59,242 nucleotides of DNA from Chthoniobacteraceae bacterium. GTDB lineage: Bacteria; Verrucomicrobiota; Verrucomicrobiia; Chthoniobacterales; Chthoniobacteraceae. Both the position numbers and the translations under genes were made by a program. The notes beneath the pieces are model-generated. The model saw nothing but the letters and a program-made list of their open reading frames with translations, did not search any database and was not told where the DNA came from. How positions within the stretch are numbered: position 1 is the stretch's first letter; each line of letters starts with the position of its first letter. Location: positions 1 through 59,242 of the forward strand of contig JANNXQ010000301.1 of NCBI GenBank assembly GCA_031409655.1, read 5' to 3'. Of this stretch, positions 9,041 to 20,022 are shown piece after piece.

Positions 9041-10354
9041 TTACTTGACCGTGTTCTTGAGGACCTTTCCGTCCTTCATGATGACCACGAAGTTCTTTGC
9101 CGGGTCCTCGACCAGCTTGAGGTCCGCGATGGGATCGCCATCGACGAGTAGGAGATCGGCGAGCGCGCCTTCCGCGACGACGCCGAGTTTGCCGGGATAA
9201 GGATTGCGCGGGCCGGAAAGGGCGAGGAGCGCGGCGTTGCCTGAGGTGGCCTGGCGCAGCGCCTCGGCGGGTGTGAACCAGCGCACCATCTTGGAAAGCT
9301 GCGTCCCTTGCTCGGCGGCGTTGGCCGCGCTGTAGAGAACGTCCGTGCCCCACGCAGTCTTGATGCCGAATTTCTTCGCGAGTTTGTAAGCGGTGTCGGT
9401 GCCGTTATACATCTGGAGTTGCTTGAGGCGGCGCGGCGAACCTTCGGGGAACGCGGACGGCTTGTCGTCGGTGAACGGCTGGAGGCTCCACCACACACCC
9501 TTCTCGGCCATGAGCTTCGCGGTGTCCTCATCGAGGAGTTGGCCGTGCTCGATGCACTTCACGCCGGCCTCGATGGCCTGGCGCACGGCGCGCGGGGTGT
9601 AGGCGTGGACGGTGACGTAGGTGCCCCAGTTTTCCGCCGCCTCGACGGCAGCGCGCAGCTCCGGGACGGTGTATTGCGCCACGTCGAGCGGGTCGAAGCT
9701 GGAACCGACGCCGCCGCCCGCCATCAGCTTGAGCTGGGCAGCGCCGAGCGCGAGCTGCTCGCGGGCGCGTTTGCGGACGGTGTCGGCATCGTCCGCAATG
9801 GCGGCGGCGCCCATGCGCTCGCTGAAGTGGAAACCGCCCGGGGCCGCCGGCAGCTCGGGCGGAAGGCGGAAGTCGCCGTGTCCACCGGTCTGCGAAATCA
9901 TCGCGCCGCTCGCCCAGATGCGTGGGCCGGGCACCAGGCCCTTGTCGATCCCGAGCTTGAGTCCGAAGGCCGGCCCGCCCACGTCGCGGATGCTGGTGAA
10001 GCCGCGCATCAGGATGTCGTTGGCTCCCTTCACGGACGCGACGGTGATGAAGGCAAGATCCGTGGTGAGCACCACTTCCTGCGTCACGGTCTCGAACATG
10101 ATGTGCGTGTGCGCATCAATGAGCCCCGGCATGAGCGTGCGGCCCGCGCCGTCGATGACCGTCGCGCCTTCCGCCGGGACAGCGGTGGAGGAGATTTTTT
10201 CGATCAAGTTGCCACGCACGAGCACCTGCACGGGAGCGGAGAGCTGGTCGCTCACGCCATCAAAGACGCGGACGTTTTGAAACAACACGAACTGCGCGGG
10301 AGCGGCCCCAACGAGCAATGCGAGGACGAGAACGATGAGAGCGGGCATTTTCAT
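9041..10354 (-). CDS. Secreted metal-dependent amidohydrolase (Xaa-Pro dipeptidase-like)
   Basis: Signal peptide; LMPGLIDAHTH, SQTGGHGD, VTVHAY, CIEHG, WGTD, GALADLLLVDGDP. Confidence 0.93.
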   Translation of the reverse strand: MKMPALIVLVLALLVGAAPAQFVLFQNVRVFDGVSDQLSAPVQVLVRGNLIEKISSTAVPAEGATVIDGAGRTLMPGLIDAHTHIMFETVTQEVVLTTDLAFITVASVKGANDILMRGFTSIRDVGGPAFGLKLGIDKGLVPGPRIWASGAMISQTGGHGDFRLPPELPAAPGGFHFSERMGAAAIADDADTVRKRAREQLALGAAQLKLMAGGGVGSSFDPLDVAQYTVPELRAAVEAAENWGTYVTVHAYTPRAVRQAIEAGVKCIEHGQLLDEDTAKLMAEKGVWWSLQPFTDDKPSAFPEGSPRRLKQLQMYNGTDTAYKLAKKFGIKTAWGTDVLYSAANAAEQGTQLSKMVRWFTPAEALRQATSGNAALLALSGPRNPYPGKLGVVAEGALADLLLVDGDPIADLKLVEDPAKNFVVIMKDGKVLKNTVK

Positions 10355-10586
10355 CCCGGCTTTCTCTCGGGTCCATTGGAAATAGTCACGGGCGATTGTC
10401 GAAACAGCGCGCGTTCTCCGCTCCCGCGCGATTTTACCTTTGGATGTCGCCTAGCTTTTCCCAGCATTCGGAATGCTTGGAAAAAAGATCGCCACGGCAT
10501 TCCGGCAAGCCTAGAAAAACTCCAGTATTCCAAAACCCGGACGGGCCGGGCTTCACCCACTGATCACCTCAAGTAATGCGAACCCC

Positions 10587-11405
10587 ATGAAACTCACCCA
10601 CCTCTTCACGACCACGACGGCTTTGGTATTCGCCGGCATCAACGCCCAAGCCGCCTTCGTCACCTTCGAAAGCAGCGGGAGCAACGCCGCCGCGATCACG
10701 CCCGCGCGAGACGCCTTTCGGCTCACGATCGGCGGCGGGACCGTTGCCGGAGCCAATGGGTCCTTTGGCGGTCTGCGCCGGGAGATCAATTGGGACGGCG
10801 TCCCTGCAACGTCCTCGGATCCCAGTCTTCTCGCGGCCAATTTTTTCAACACCACGTCCCCACGCGGCGTTGTCTTCAGCACTCCGGGCACGGGCTTTCT
10901 CGTCAGTGCCAACGCTGGCGGTGCGACTCCGATCCTCTTCGGTTTCCCATCGGATTTTGCCACCTTCAGTGCGCAGAAGCTCTTCACCGCCGTGGGCAGC
11001 AACGTCACGGATGTCTCCTTCTTCCTGCCCGGCACGACGACCCCCGCAACGACCAGCGCGTTCGGTTTGGTTTTCACCGATGTCGAAACCGCCGCCGCGA
11101 CGAAGCTCGAATTCTTCGACACCAATAACCTCCTGCTTTACTCGCGGGACGCTCTGACTTCCGCCAATCAGGGATTCAGCTTCGTGGGCGCGGCCGCCAA
11201 TGCTGGCGAACGGATCGGTCGCGTGCGCATCACTTCCGGCGCGAATACCCTTCTCTCCAACGGGGTCCTCGGGAATCCAAACGACGATATCGTCGTAATG
11301 GATGACTTTCTCTACGCCGAACCCACTGTCATCCCCGAACCGACAACGGTCCTCTTTGGCCTGGCCTTGGTCGGCTTTGCTGCCACGCGGCGCCGTCGGG
11401 GCTGA
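10587..11405 (+). CDS. PEP-CTERM sorting domain protein
   Basis: Signal peptide; C-terminal VIPEPTTVLFGLALVGFAATRRRRG. Confidence 0.92.
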   Translation: MKLTHLFTTTTALVFAGINAQAAFVTFESSGSNAAAITPARDAFRLTIGGGTVAGANGSFGGLRREINWDGVPATSSDPSLLAANFFNTTSPRGVVFSTPGTGFLVSANAGGATPILFGFPSDFATFSAQKLFTAVGSNVTDVSFFLPGTTTPATTSAFGLVFTDVETAAATKLEFFDTNNLLLYSRDALTSANQGFSFVGAAANAGERIGRVRITSGANTLLSNGVLGNPNDDIVVMDDFLYAEPTVIPEPTTVLFGLALVGFAATRRRRG

Positions 11406-11462
11406 TCGAGAGTCGAAGGAGCGCGGGGCGTCCGCCATTCTCGCGACCAGAGGAAGCCAGCA

Positions 11463-11484
11463 CTACACCGCACCGGCGGTGTAG
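11463..11484. terminator. Hairpin downstream of the PEP-CTERM gene
   Basis: CTACACCGC-ACCG-GCGGTGTAG perfect 9-bp stem; no strong U tract. Confidence 0.4.
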
Positions 11485-11486
11485 GC

Positions 11487-11654
11487 TAGCGGCCTGGTGA
11501 AAAACCTCGGGGGCCTCGGTGGATGGCGTCGCTCCGCGCGCCATGACTCGCTTCGCGCGCCGCGCCACTCTGAAAGATGGGCCTGCGGCCAGAGTTTGGC
11601 ATGGCGCGCGGAGCGGCGCCATCCACCGAGGATGCGTTTTTCAAGAGGCTGCTA
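11487..11654. mobile_element. MITE/REPIN-like nested palindromic element
   Basis: Outer imperfect IRs TAGCGGCCTGGTGAAAAAC / GTTTTTCAAGAGGCTGCTA; inner 32-bp IR at 11514-11545 and 11600-11631 with one mismatch; non-coding. Confidence 0.7.
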
Positions 11655-11951
11655 ACGAACCGTATTTCGGATGGCAGGCACAAGTACCTTGGCAACCAGT
11701 TGGTGGCCTAGCTCTCCAGGATGCATGCCGTCGGTGAGCATGGCATCAATGGTAGTTTTATTTTTTGCGGCAAAGGGGGGATAGGCGGCGTGGACATCGA
11801 CGAGCGGAACTTTGAGTTCGGTTGCGAGCATTCCCGCGGCTTCGTTGCAAACTGTCTCTGGTCATATTTTGTGAAAATGCACGGGTTAGATATGGGTGCA
11901 CAAAGGACGAATATGTTCGCATCGATTCTGCATGACGCCCTAACGCGAGGG

Positions 11952-12100
11952 ATGAAAAGGCTAGCTCTGACAGAGCCAGAACTCGAAGACCTTGCCGAAG
12001 CCTTGGACAGTCCGGACGCGATGGAGAAGTTCAAGGGCAAGCTGCTGGTCCTACGCATGCATCGCGAAGGAGTCGATCATGGGATTATCACTCGAGCGGT
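11952..12100 (+). pseudogene. Possible IS630-like transposase N-terminal HTH remnant
   Basis: MKRLALTEPELEDLAEALDSPDAMEKFKGKLLVLRMHREGVDHGII loosely resembles IS630 N-termini; lower-GC surroundings; no DDE domain. Confidence 0.3.
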
Positions 12101-12160
12101 GAGAAGGCAGCGCCATGAGCGTGAGCCCGGCGGATGTCTGTGGGATGAAGGAGCGGCGCT

Positions 12161-13234
12161 TCATGGGGTCTGCAAAGATTTGGATCGCGCCTTCATCCAC
12201 TCCGCGATCCGCAGCGTCAGTTCGCTGACCAGGCGCTCACCATCGACTGGTTTCGTCGCATGTCCCGCATTCAGCCCGGCGCAAAGCAGGAAACATGGCC
12301 CGCCGTTCGCACGGTCGTCGATGCAGCAGAGATCCAGCGCGTAATTGCTAATCAGGCCCGACTTCTGAAAATGCCGTGCCTTGGGAAAAACCTGTGCGGA
12401 GGCTTTTTGCCACACGGTCGGGCCTTCCTTCCCCACCTTCGTTTCCAGACCGTGAAAGCCACCCGCGCTGCCTTCACGCAAAAAAAGCGCCTGCTCGTCG
12501 CTGATGCGAAAACGCTCGTCCGCCGGCAAGTCCGTGTGAAGCAGCACGCGGCGGAGGCAGTCGCACAGTTCGCGGGTGCTCGTCACGTTGCCGTTTTTAG
12601 CAAAGAGCACCGTCGCCCCGCGCTCCGCCGAGTAATCACGGCCTGACCAAACATGCTCCACGAGATGGGGCTGACCCACCTCGCCAACCCGCAGCACCAC
12701 GCGCTGCCTTTCCCGCTGCCCATAAGTCCACGGGCGCGCGGCCACATAGCCGCGCATCAGCGCCGTGTTCGGAAAGCCGCGCTCAGGCGTCAAGAAGCCC
12801 GTGTTGATGCCGTCGATACCGCAGATGCGCAGGAGCAGCGTGTAGTCTTCATTCGAGCTGCGGCGGAAAACCTCGGAGATCATCTCCCGCACCGTGCGGG
12901 CGCAGTCCGTCTGCCATGTTTCATTCACCGCGTGGGAAAAAGTCGCAGTGGTATCCAGGCTCATATTTTGCGCCTGCAACAGCTCACAGACAGCCACGGC
13001 CGTGTAAAGCTTCACCGTGCTCGCAGGCCAGAAGTTCGTTTTGCGCCCCGTATCGCGATACTCCAGCCACTCAAAGCCCGGCTTGCTATCAGCCTCCGCT
13101 TTCAGCACGCAAATCGTCGCCCATTTATCGATCCCCGGCGCGATGCCGTCGATGGCAGTATCGAGCGCGTCATCCGCATGAGCGTGAGAGGCTGCGATGA
13201 GGGAGAGGAGTAAAAGTCGCCGCAGGAGTTGCAT
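12161..13234 (-). CDS. Serine hydrolase, class A beta-lactamase-like fold
   Basis: Signal peptide; FWPASTVKL (SxxK), RSSNE (SxN), QKSG (KTG-like). Confidence 0.85.
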   Translation of the reverse strand: MQLLRRLLLLSLIAASHAHADDALDTAIDGIAPGIDKWATICVLKAEADSKPGFEWLEYRDTGRKTNFWPASTVKLYTAVAVCELLQAQNMSLDTTATFSHAVNETWQTDCARTVREMISEVFRRSSNEDYTLLLRICGIDGINTGFLTPERGFPNTALMRGYVAARPWTYGQRERQRVVLRVGEVGQPHLVEHVWSGRDYSAERGATVLFAKNGNVTSTRELCDCLRRVLLHTDLPADERFRISDEQALFLREGSAGGFHGLETKVGKEGPTVWQKASAQVFPKARHFQKSGLISNYALDLCCIDDRANGGPCFLLCAGLNAGHATKPVDGERLVSELTLRIAEWMKARSKSLQTP

Positions 13235-13281
13235 GGTTCGTTACTGACTGCCAGGAATCGGCATTTTCAAGCCTTCCTCCG

Positions 13282-13965
13282 TCAGCGTTCGTTTTTCAAA
13301 ACGGTGTCATCAGTGCTGTCCATCGTTCCCGAGTAGTCCGGACCGCCTGCGGCGACGTAGCCGTGGCTTGCACCGGTGGGATCGCTCGTGATCCAGAATG
13401 AGTAGAGGCTGCCGTTTGTGAGGTTAAAACGCAGACGCGCGGGTTTGCCGATGAGCGCGGCGAGGGTGGCGTTGTCCTTCCACGTTACGCGCTGCTTCGT
13501 TTGGGCGGCGGTGATGATCTCGGAGTTCCCGACGATGGCGCCGGATTCATCGAGTTCTTCGACGTGCAGCGTGCCTTTCGGATTGGTGATGTTCACGAAG
13601 AGGTGACGGCCTTTGAAGATTGGAGTTTGAGTTCATCAGGTGTCTGCGGTTTGAAGACCGGATTTGCCCGCAAACCTTTCCGTGCGATGAAACGTGCGCT
13701 TCATGTCCGTGCTCTGGATGAGGAAGTCATCCACGAACAACTGCCGTCCCACATCAATCGGGACCACCCGCGGCGGCTGCGCGAGATACGGCACCGGCAT
13801 CGGCTCGTCCGACGAAGGATCACGATCCTGCGGAGGCCAGACCTTTGGCAGCACGATGCCATTGTAGAGCAGTTCGCCGTCGTTCGCCTCGGCCACCGTG
13901 GCTGCAGAGTTCAGTGCGGCCGGCAGGAGCAGCGCGAAAAGCAGGACAAGTTTTGTGGTCGCCAT
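13282..13965 (-). pseudogene. GH32-like glycosyl hydrolase remnant with the catalytic core deleted
   Basis: N-terminal ELLYNGIVLPKVWPP...IDVGRQLFVDDFLI, a frameshift near 13670 (GNPVFKP frame), then directly the C-terminal FKGRHLFVN...RLRFNLTNGSLYSFW...SHGYVAAGGP. Confidence 0.75.
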
Positions 13966-13978
13966 GAGTGGGTCGTCT

Positions 13979-15016
13979 TCAGTGTACTGCCCGAACTTTC
14001 GGCTCCTTCTGCTCAAAGGTCGCCTTGTCGCCGAGATGTTTCGCGTGTGCGCCGCCGAGCAGCCATTGCTTCGCGGCGGCGTTGCCTTTCAGATACGCAT
14101 CCCAAAAGGCGGTGATGCTGGTGCAGATGAGTTTTTGGAACCCAGCATCCTGAGCGGTCTTTTCCGCCGTGGCAGCCATGCGCTCGCGACCGGAGAAGAT
14201 GAAATGGTCGCCGTCATTGAAGATGACGAGGCAGGCTTCCGAGCGGCTCATTTGATCGAAAGGAATGCGACGGTCGGCGGCGCTGGTCTGTGGCAGTATT
14301 TCGACGAAGTCCTTCGTGCCGGTCATGTGCATCACGGGAATCGTGATGGTGGCAAAGGCCCTGTCCATCTCGCGACGGATGGCCGGAGCAGGTGCGCTCA
14401 TCTGGATGGCGGCCTTGATGCGCGGCTCATCAAAACGCTTCGTGCCAAACGGCAGGATGAAGGTCTGGCCTGCGAGCGCCAGCGTGGTGTAGCCACCGAA
14501 CGAATGCCCCGCGATGGCGATGGCTTTCAAATCGAGACGACCCTTGAGCGGCGAAGTCGCATCCACATTGAGCATCTCCAACTGATCAATGACGAACTGT
14601 CCATCCGGCGGGCGGTTTAGACTGTTCGCGATGTTCCCAGCGGAACGTTGCATGACCTTGGCACGATCCGCGAGCGGCACGTCCTTCCACACGCTATCGT
14701 CGCTGCCGATGTGCTGCAGGTGAACGCTCACGTAGCCGCAGCCCGCCCAATGCCTGCCGAGATACTCGTAACCCTCTCGCGAGCCACCGAGTCCGTGGGA
14801 AAAGATGACCAGGGGAAACGGCCCAGCGTCGTCCTTGGGAAAATATAACTTCACGGGCACGGCACGGTCGCGTTTGGCATCATGCCAGTCGTGCAAAACC
14901 GTGCCCACGTCCTGCGTGGGTGTCGGCGGTGAGTAACTGGGGGCCTCGGCCTGGGCGCTGGTCGGCGGAGCAAGCAACAAGGCAGCGCAGGTGAGAGAAA
15001 AGAAAGTGGTTCTCAT
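13979..15016 (-). CDS. Secreted alpha/beta hydrolase (dienelactone/PAF-acetylhydrolase-like)
   Basis: PLVIFSHGLGGS, AGHSFGG, MTGTKD, GDHFIF. Confidence 0.9.
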   Translation of the reverse strand: MRTTFFSLTCAALLLAPPTSAQAEAPSYSPPTPTQDVGTVLHDWHDAKRDRAVPVKLYFPKDDAGPFPLVIFSHGLGGSREGYEYLGRHWAGCGYVSVHLQHIGSDDSVWKDVPLADRAKVMQRSAGNIANSLNRPPDGQFVIDQLEMLNVDATSPLKGRLDLKAIAIAGHSFGGYTTLALAGQTFILPFGTKRFDEPRIKAAIQMSAPAPAIRREMDRAFATITIPVMHMTGTKDFVEILPQTSAADRRIPFDQMSRSEACLVIFNDGDHFIFSGRERMAATAEKTAQDAGFQKLICTSITAFWDAYLKGNAAAKQWLLGGAHAKHLGDKATFEQKEPKVRAVH

Positions 15017-15117
15017 GATCGGTGATTGGCGTCCTGGATATGGCGCTCAGTGTCGCCGTGCTGGGGTTCTTTGCGCAGGAAATGGGACATTGCACGCTGG
15101 TCGGCGGGTTGTTTCGC

Positions 15118-17559
15118 TTATTCGACCTTCAGCTTCCCGAACTTTGTCGGCACATGCCAGCCGGCTTTCGTCGGGGAGAAGGCCTGCAACTCGGGCTTCT
15201 TGAGGTCGAGCATGCGCTGACGACCGATGTTGAAATACCACGGCTGCGCGGCGGTCGGTTTTGTGCCGGCGATGCGGTGGCGCGGGTCGGACAGCGCCTC
15301 GGCCTCGCCGACAACGGGCAGGCGCACGCGCAGTCGCCACGAATCCGCGCCGCGCTCGTGTTTCACCTCGGCGAGGGATTTTCAATTCGCCCCCGGATTG
15401 CCTTCGGCGATGGTGCCGTCGGGATTGATTTCGAGGTGGTAGTAGGAATGCAGCGGCGTCTCGATGGAGATGGCCACGCAGTCGCCGTTGTGAACGTCAC
15501 CGGCGATGTTGAGCTTCTTCATCTCCGGCTCGTGGCAGACGATGTCGAGCACGAGCGCGTTGGTTTCCCAGCTCACGCGGAAGGTCGTGGGCACGGCAGC
15601 GGGCTTATTTGCCGCGTTGTTGTCTTTGAGGCGGAATTCCTTGCCGCTCGTCGCGATAGGCGCGTTGGCCCGTGCGGCGGCGAGTTCCTCATCGCGCTGC
15701 CGGTATTTGGCGATGACCTGCTCGCGCGGTTGCAGTTCGTCGATGATGGCCTGGATGCGTTTGCCGTAAATTGTATCGCCCGCCGTTTTACGCGCGGCGT
15801 CGAGCAGGTCGCGGAATTTCATCGCGACGGCGAGCCTGACATTCGCCGGGCTGCCGCGACCACGGCTGCGGCTCTGGTCTTTGAACGCGAGATTTTGCTC
15901 CGCGAAGGCGATGGCCTCGTCCATGGCCGACGCAGCGGGGCCGTAGAAATCGGCGCAGTATTGTTTCAACACGGCGTCCACATCCTGGTCCGCGTCCCAG
16001 AGGAAGCGCGACTGCACATAGAGCGTGATGTGCTCCAGCGCGGGCGCTTTCCAAGTCCCGTTCTCCTGGCTCTGCTCGCCCGTATCGCCGAGCGAGATGC
16101 CTTTGAGCATTTTCAATTCACGCGCGACTCCGCGTGGATGCAGCACGGGATGCGCGATGGGCACCTTGTCGCCCCAGGCGTGGTAAAGGTTGTTTTCGAG
16201 GCGCAGAAGATTGCCCGGCGCAAGGCGCGTGCGCCACGCCTCGATGCCAGCCGTGTATTCCGCCCAATGCTCCGCATTGGTCATCAACGGGCGCGCGCGA
16301 TTGGAAATCCGTACGGCGAGATTCGGACTGAGCTTGGCCTGCGACGACGGCGGCTCGACATACGAGGTGTAGGCTCCGCAGGTGACACGCTTCGCCGGAT
16401 GGCTCTGCAAAATCTGCCGCGCCACACGGTCGGCGAAACCCCAGACGAGGTCGGACGCGGACTTGCCCGCACATTTCTCGCACTGGCAGAGGCGCAGACC
16501 ATCCACCGGCCAGATGTCCACACTCGGCACGTCGAAGGTATCGTAGAGATAGCGCAAGTAGCTCACCGTCTCCGCCTCCAGTCCGGCGGAGGTGAAGCAA
16601 GGCGTGCCACCGGCGCGATGCTCCGTGTCGCGCTTGCCGCCGATGAGGGCGTAATACTCGGGATGCTTCGCCTTCATCTCGGCCGACTCCATCACCGCCA
16701 CGAGCCCGTGCGGTCCCTTGAGCGGACCGAGCACCTCATGGCACGAATTCATGCCGATGCGCCGCGCCCAGACGAGATCGTCGTAGTTGAAGCTGCTGAA
16801 GTTATACCAGTTCCAGTCGCGCAGCGCGAAGTCGGGCCGCACCGTCGCATTCTGAGCCACGACAGCGAGCGTAGCCTTTTTCGGCACCACCTCACCCAAC
16901 TCGCCTGGCATGAAAAAGTGCGAGCCGAGTTGCCGCAGCAGGCCATGCACCGCATTGAGCGATCCGCCCTGGTCATAGTTCCAGAAACCGTTCTTGCCGC
17001 CCCACAGCTTCGGGAAATCCTCGCCATAACGCGCCGTCATCTGCGGCAGGAAGTCGGCCGGATTCCAATATGCCTTGAAGCCCGACGCAAAGGGAAATCC
17101 CCAAGCCGCGTCCGACTTCCCCGCCGTGAGCTTCTTCCACTCCGCCTCCGCCCGAGGCGCATCGCTCCGCTTCAACGGCCACGGCATCGCCTTCGGGTCA
17201 AAATCGCGGTCCGCCCCGAGCAGCACGACCCAATCTGCACCCGTCGCGATGCGATACGCGCCATCGCGCAACCCTTCCGCCGAGACGCCGAGTCGCTGCG
17301 TCGCCTCGCTCTCACCCACATGAATCTTCACCCGCGCCGCGCCGGGCACCGTGACGATGGGCCAACGTGCCCCGCTCATCTTCTCAATGAAGTGCCGCAA
17401 CTCCAGCGCCGCGAGCGTTGTCATGCGCGGTCGCTGCTCCGCGATGACGATCTCCGCGCGTGGCTGGCCGTTTTCGACGAGCACGAGGTCGGCGGCGAAA
17501 AGTGCGGGTGATGCAAGCACCAGCAGACTGGTGGATAGGAGAGCTGGTGTGCGTTTCAT
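15118..17559 (-). pseudogene. DUF4838 domain protein with C-terminal sugar-binding domain, interrupted by in-frame TGA at 15382-15384
   Basis: AALELRHFIEKMSG, HPEYYALIGGKR, CQCEKC, FLWDAD, DFYGPAA. ORF 15118..15366 continues in the same frame (GAN*KSLAEVK...WYFNIGRQR). Confidence 0.8.
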
Positions 17560-17565
17560 AATTGG

Positions 17566-18696
17566 TTAGGGTTTGGTGTCTGGCAGTCGGTCGATGACTT
17601 GCTTCAACGATGCCTTTGGCGAGACGATTTCAGCCGCGCGGACATCCTCCTCGCGGAACGTCGCCATCTGCACCTCGCCAAGGGGAGTGCGCTGGTGATC
17701 GTAGATGAGGTGGATCGTGCCGTCCTGCGCCTGCACGCCGTCGGGGTAGGTCACGTCATCGCGTTCATCGAGCATGAGTCCGCCTTGCCAGGATTTTCCG
17801 TCGTCGTCGGAAACAAATGCCATGAGTTTTTCGCGTTTCACCTTCTCATTCAACCCACCGTGCTTCACGAGCAGCAGCGCACCCGATTGCAAACGCCGCA
17901 GGAAAAAGCGCGAGGTGGGATGCTGCATGGGGATGTGTTGCACCGGGGTCCACGTCTTGCCTTGGACTTTCGATAGCGTCTCCGCGAGTCCATGACAACG
18001 CACCATCATCCACAGCGAACCGTCTTTCCGCTCAACGATCATCGGTTCATCCGGGCCGCGTGAAGCTGCGGCTTCGATGTTCGCGGTGCCACGGAGCGCG
18101 AAGGTCGCGCCTTTGTCCGTGCTGGCATACACTTTGATGCTGTTGTCCGCCTTCCACACCGATGAGGTCAGCAGCCAGTCGCCGTTGTTCAGCACGGTGG
18201 GTTTGTTGAGCATGATGCCGTCGCCAATGCGAAGCGGGGCGGACCATGCCGGCTCGGCGGCATCGGGTTCCTCTGTGCGGATGGCCCACACGCCGAAGCG
18301 GCCATCCGCCTGGCCCGCGCTCTGGCCCCAAAACACCCACAGCCGGCCCTGTGGATCGATCCAGATCGCTGCGGACATCGCACGGGTGCCCGCACGCGGC
18401 AAAATCATGAGCTTCACCTCCGACCACGTCTTGCCGTCATCATCGCTGCACTTGAGCACTTGGAAGTTGCGCGTGCTCTCGACATCGCGTCCATAAATCG
18501 CCCACAGACGCCCCTTCGACGTGCGCTCGATGCCGGCCACTCCTTGACGCTTCGTCGGCGGAATGTGCTGCTTCCACGGCGCGACGACGATGTGCGCGGG
18601 TTCGAGTGCAAGGTCGTTTGACTGCGCATCAGCTGCGTGCGGCGCGGCCATCGGAGCGAGCAGCAGGGCGGCGATGAGTGAGCGAATGGGTTTCAT
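17566..18696 (-). CDS. Sialidase-family (BNR/Asp-box) protein
   Basis: Asp boxes SDDDGKTW, STDKGATF and SDDDGKSW plus a degenerate SKVQGKTW; VTYPD; signal peptide from ATG 18696. Confidence 0.88.
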   Translation of the reverse strand: MKPIRSLIAALLLAPMAAPHAADAQSNDLALEPAHIVVAPWKQHIPPTKRQGVAGIERTSKGRLWAIYGRDVESTRNFQVLKCSDDDGKTWSEVKLMILPRAGTRAMSAAIWIDPQGRLWVFWGQSAGQADGRFGVWAIRTEEPDAAEPAWSAPLRIGDGIMLNKPTVLNNGDWLLTSSVWKADNSIKVYASTDKGATFALRGTANIEAAASRGPDEPMIVERKDGSLWMMVRCHGLAETLSKVQGKTWTPVQHIPMQHPTSRFFLRRLQSGALLLVKHGGLNEKVKREKLMAFVSDDDGKSWQGGLMLDERDDVTYPDGVQAQDGTIHLIYDHQRTPLGEVQMATFREEDVRAAEIVSPKASLKQVIDRLPDTKP

Positions 18697-18774
18697 GATT
18701 CTGTTTCGGCAGCTTCGCATACTTCAACGTCACCACGGGCTCTCCATTTCCTTCGTTTCAAGGCTGGCCAGCGT

Positions 18775-19715
18775 TCACCTTCCCGCTGCAACGGACTTAT
18801 GCACACCGAACAGCCAGTCCCATGTGGCGTCGTTGTCGTAGGCCTTGGTCCAACTATTGTGGCCTTGGCCGGGATACTCGGTGTATTTGGCGATGCCGCC
18901 TGCCTTGGTGATCGCCTCGCACAGATCCCGCGACCAATGGGGTGGAACAACCGTGTCCGCGCCGCCGTGGGAGGCTCACACAGGCACGCGGGTCATGTTG
19001 GCGGCTTGATTCGGATTCCATGCTCCGGCGATTGGGACCGCGGCGGCGAACAACTCTGGGCAGGTGGCGATGGCTCCCCACGTTCCAGCGCCACCCATGG
19101 ATTGCCCGGTGACGTAGATGCGGGACAAGTCGATGGGTTCCACCGGCAACAGGGACCGCAAGGCCTCGATCACGATGGGCAGTTTCTCGGTCTCTGTTCG
19201 CCGTTCGAGCACATCGGTGTTCATCCAAAACGCCTCCTTCTTGCTGGTGCCAGGCGCCATCACAAAGCACGGATAGCGCTCGCGCATCCGAGCAACGGCG
19301 AGCTTTTCAGCCGCATAACTACTACTGTCAGCACCATGAAGGGAGAGCACCAGCGGGTAACGCTTGTCTTGTTCCCTCTTGTCCGGTCGTAGCCAGCCGA
19401 ACGACAAAGTCTGTTCATCTTTGCCGGTGAAATTGCGGACTTCATAGCTCATCGGCACACCGGCGGGCCGGGTGCCACGCTGGCGGAAGTTCGCCGCCTC
19501 CGACAGCGTCACAGCTCCGTCCCCGTCCGTGTCCATCCGTTCGAGGTTCTGCCACTGCGCCTTGGTGGCTTCTTCGCGAGTGACTTTGCCATCCTGATTC
19601 TTGTCAGCGAGCGCGATCAGGTCGCTGAAGTCTTTCTTCGGCGGATCATCGACGGCGTAGAGCGCGGCCAGCGGCAAGAGCAGCAGGTTGGTGATGAGGT
19701 GAGGATGAGTTTCAT
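18775..19715 (-). pseudogene. EF-hand plus carboxylesterase/peptidase pseudogene
   Basis: DKNQDGKVT and DTDGDGAVT EF-hands; YPLVLSLHG; TGQSMGG. In-frame TGA at 18976 in PV*ASHG (usually PVWAFHG), continuing to YTEYPGQGHNSW...WLF. Frameshift in the signal peptide. Confidence 0.82.
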
Positions 19716-19912
19716 CAATGGGTTTCACTCCGCCAGTTGATGGCGAAGGGCGGATACTCCATTTCCATGACATCGACTCTGGCCCAGTTGGCAAGCACTT
19801 GGGCCTTGGCGGCAGCGTCCCTGCCTTTGGCGACGAGGATGAAGTCAGCGGCGTGGAGTGTGATCAGCAGCGCAAGGAGAAGGGCAAACAAGATTAGGGG
19901 AGTAGTCTTCAT
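19715..19912 (-). pseudogene. Internally deleted secreted-protein remnant (DUF4838-like N-terminus)
   Basis: Signal peptide and AADFILVAKG (compare AADLVLVENG of 15118..17559), ending after 65 aa; TGATG coupling to the next gene. Confidence 0.5.
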
Positions 19913-20022
19913 AATTTTTGAGGCGTAAACACCAGCGCGTCCAGCCCGATGGTTTTTCCATCGGCGGCCTTCGTAAGCGAGCTGTAGAGGGCAGCAATCA
20001 AGTCATGGAAAGTGCGAGTGTG

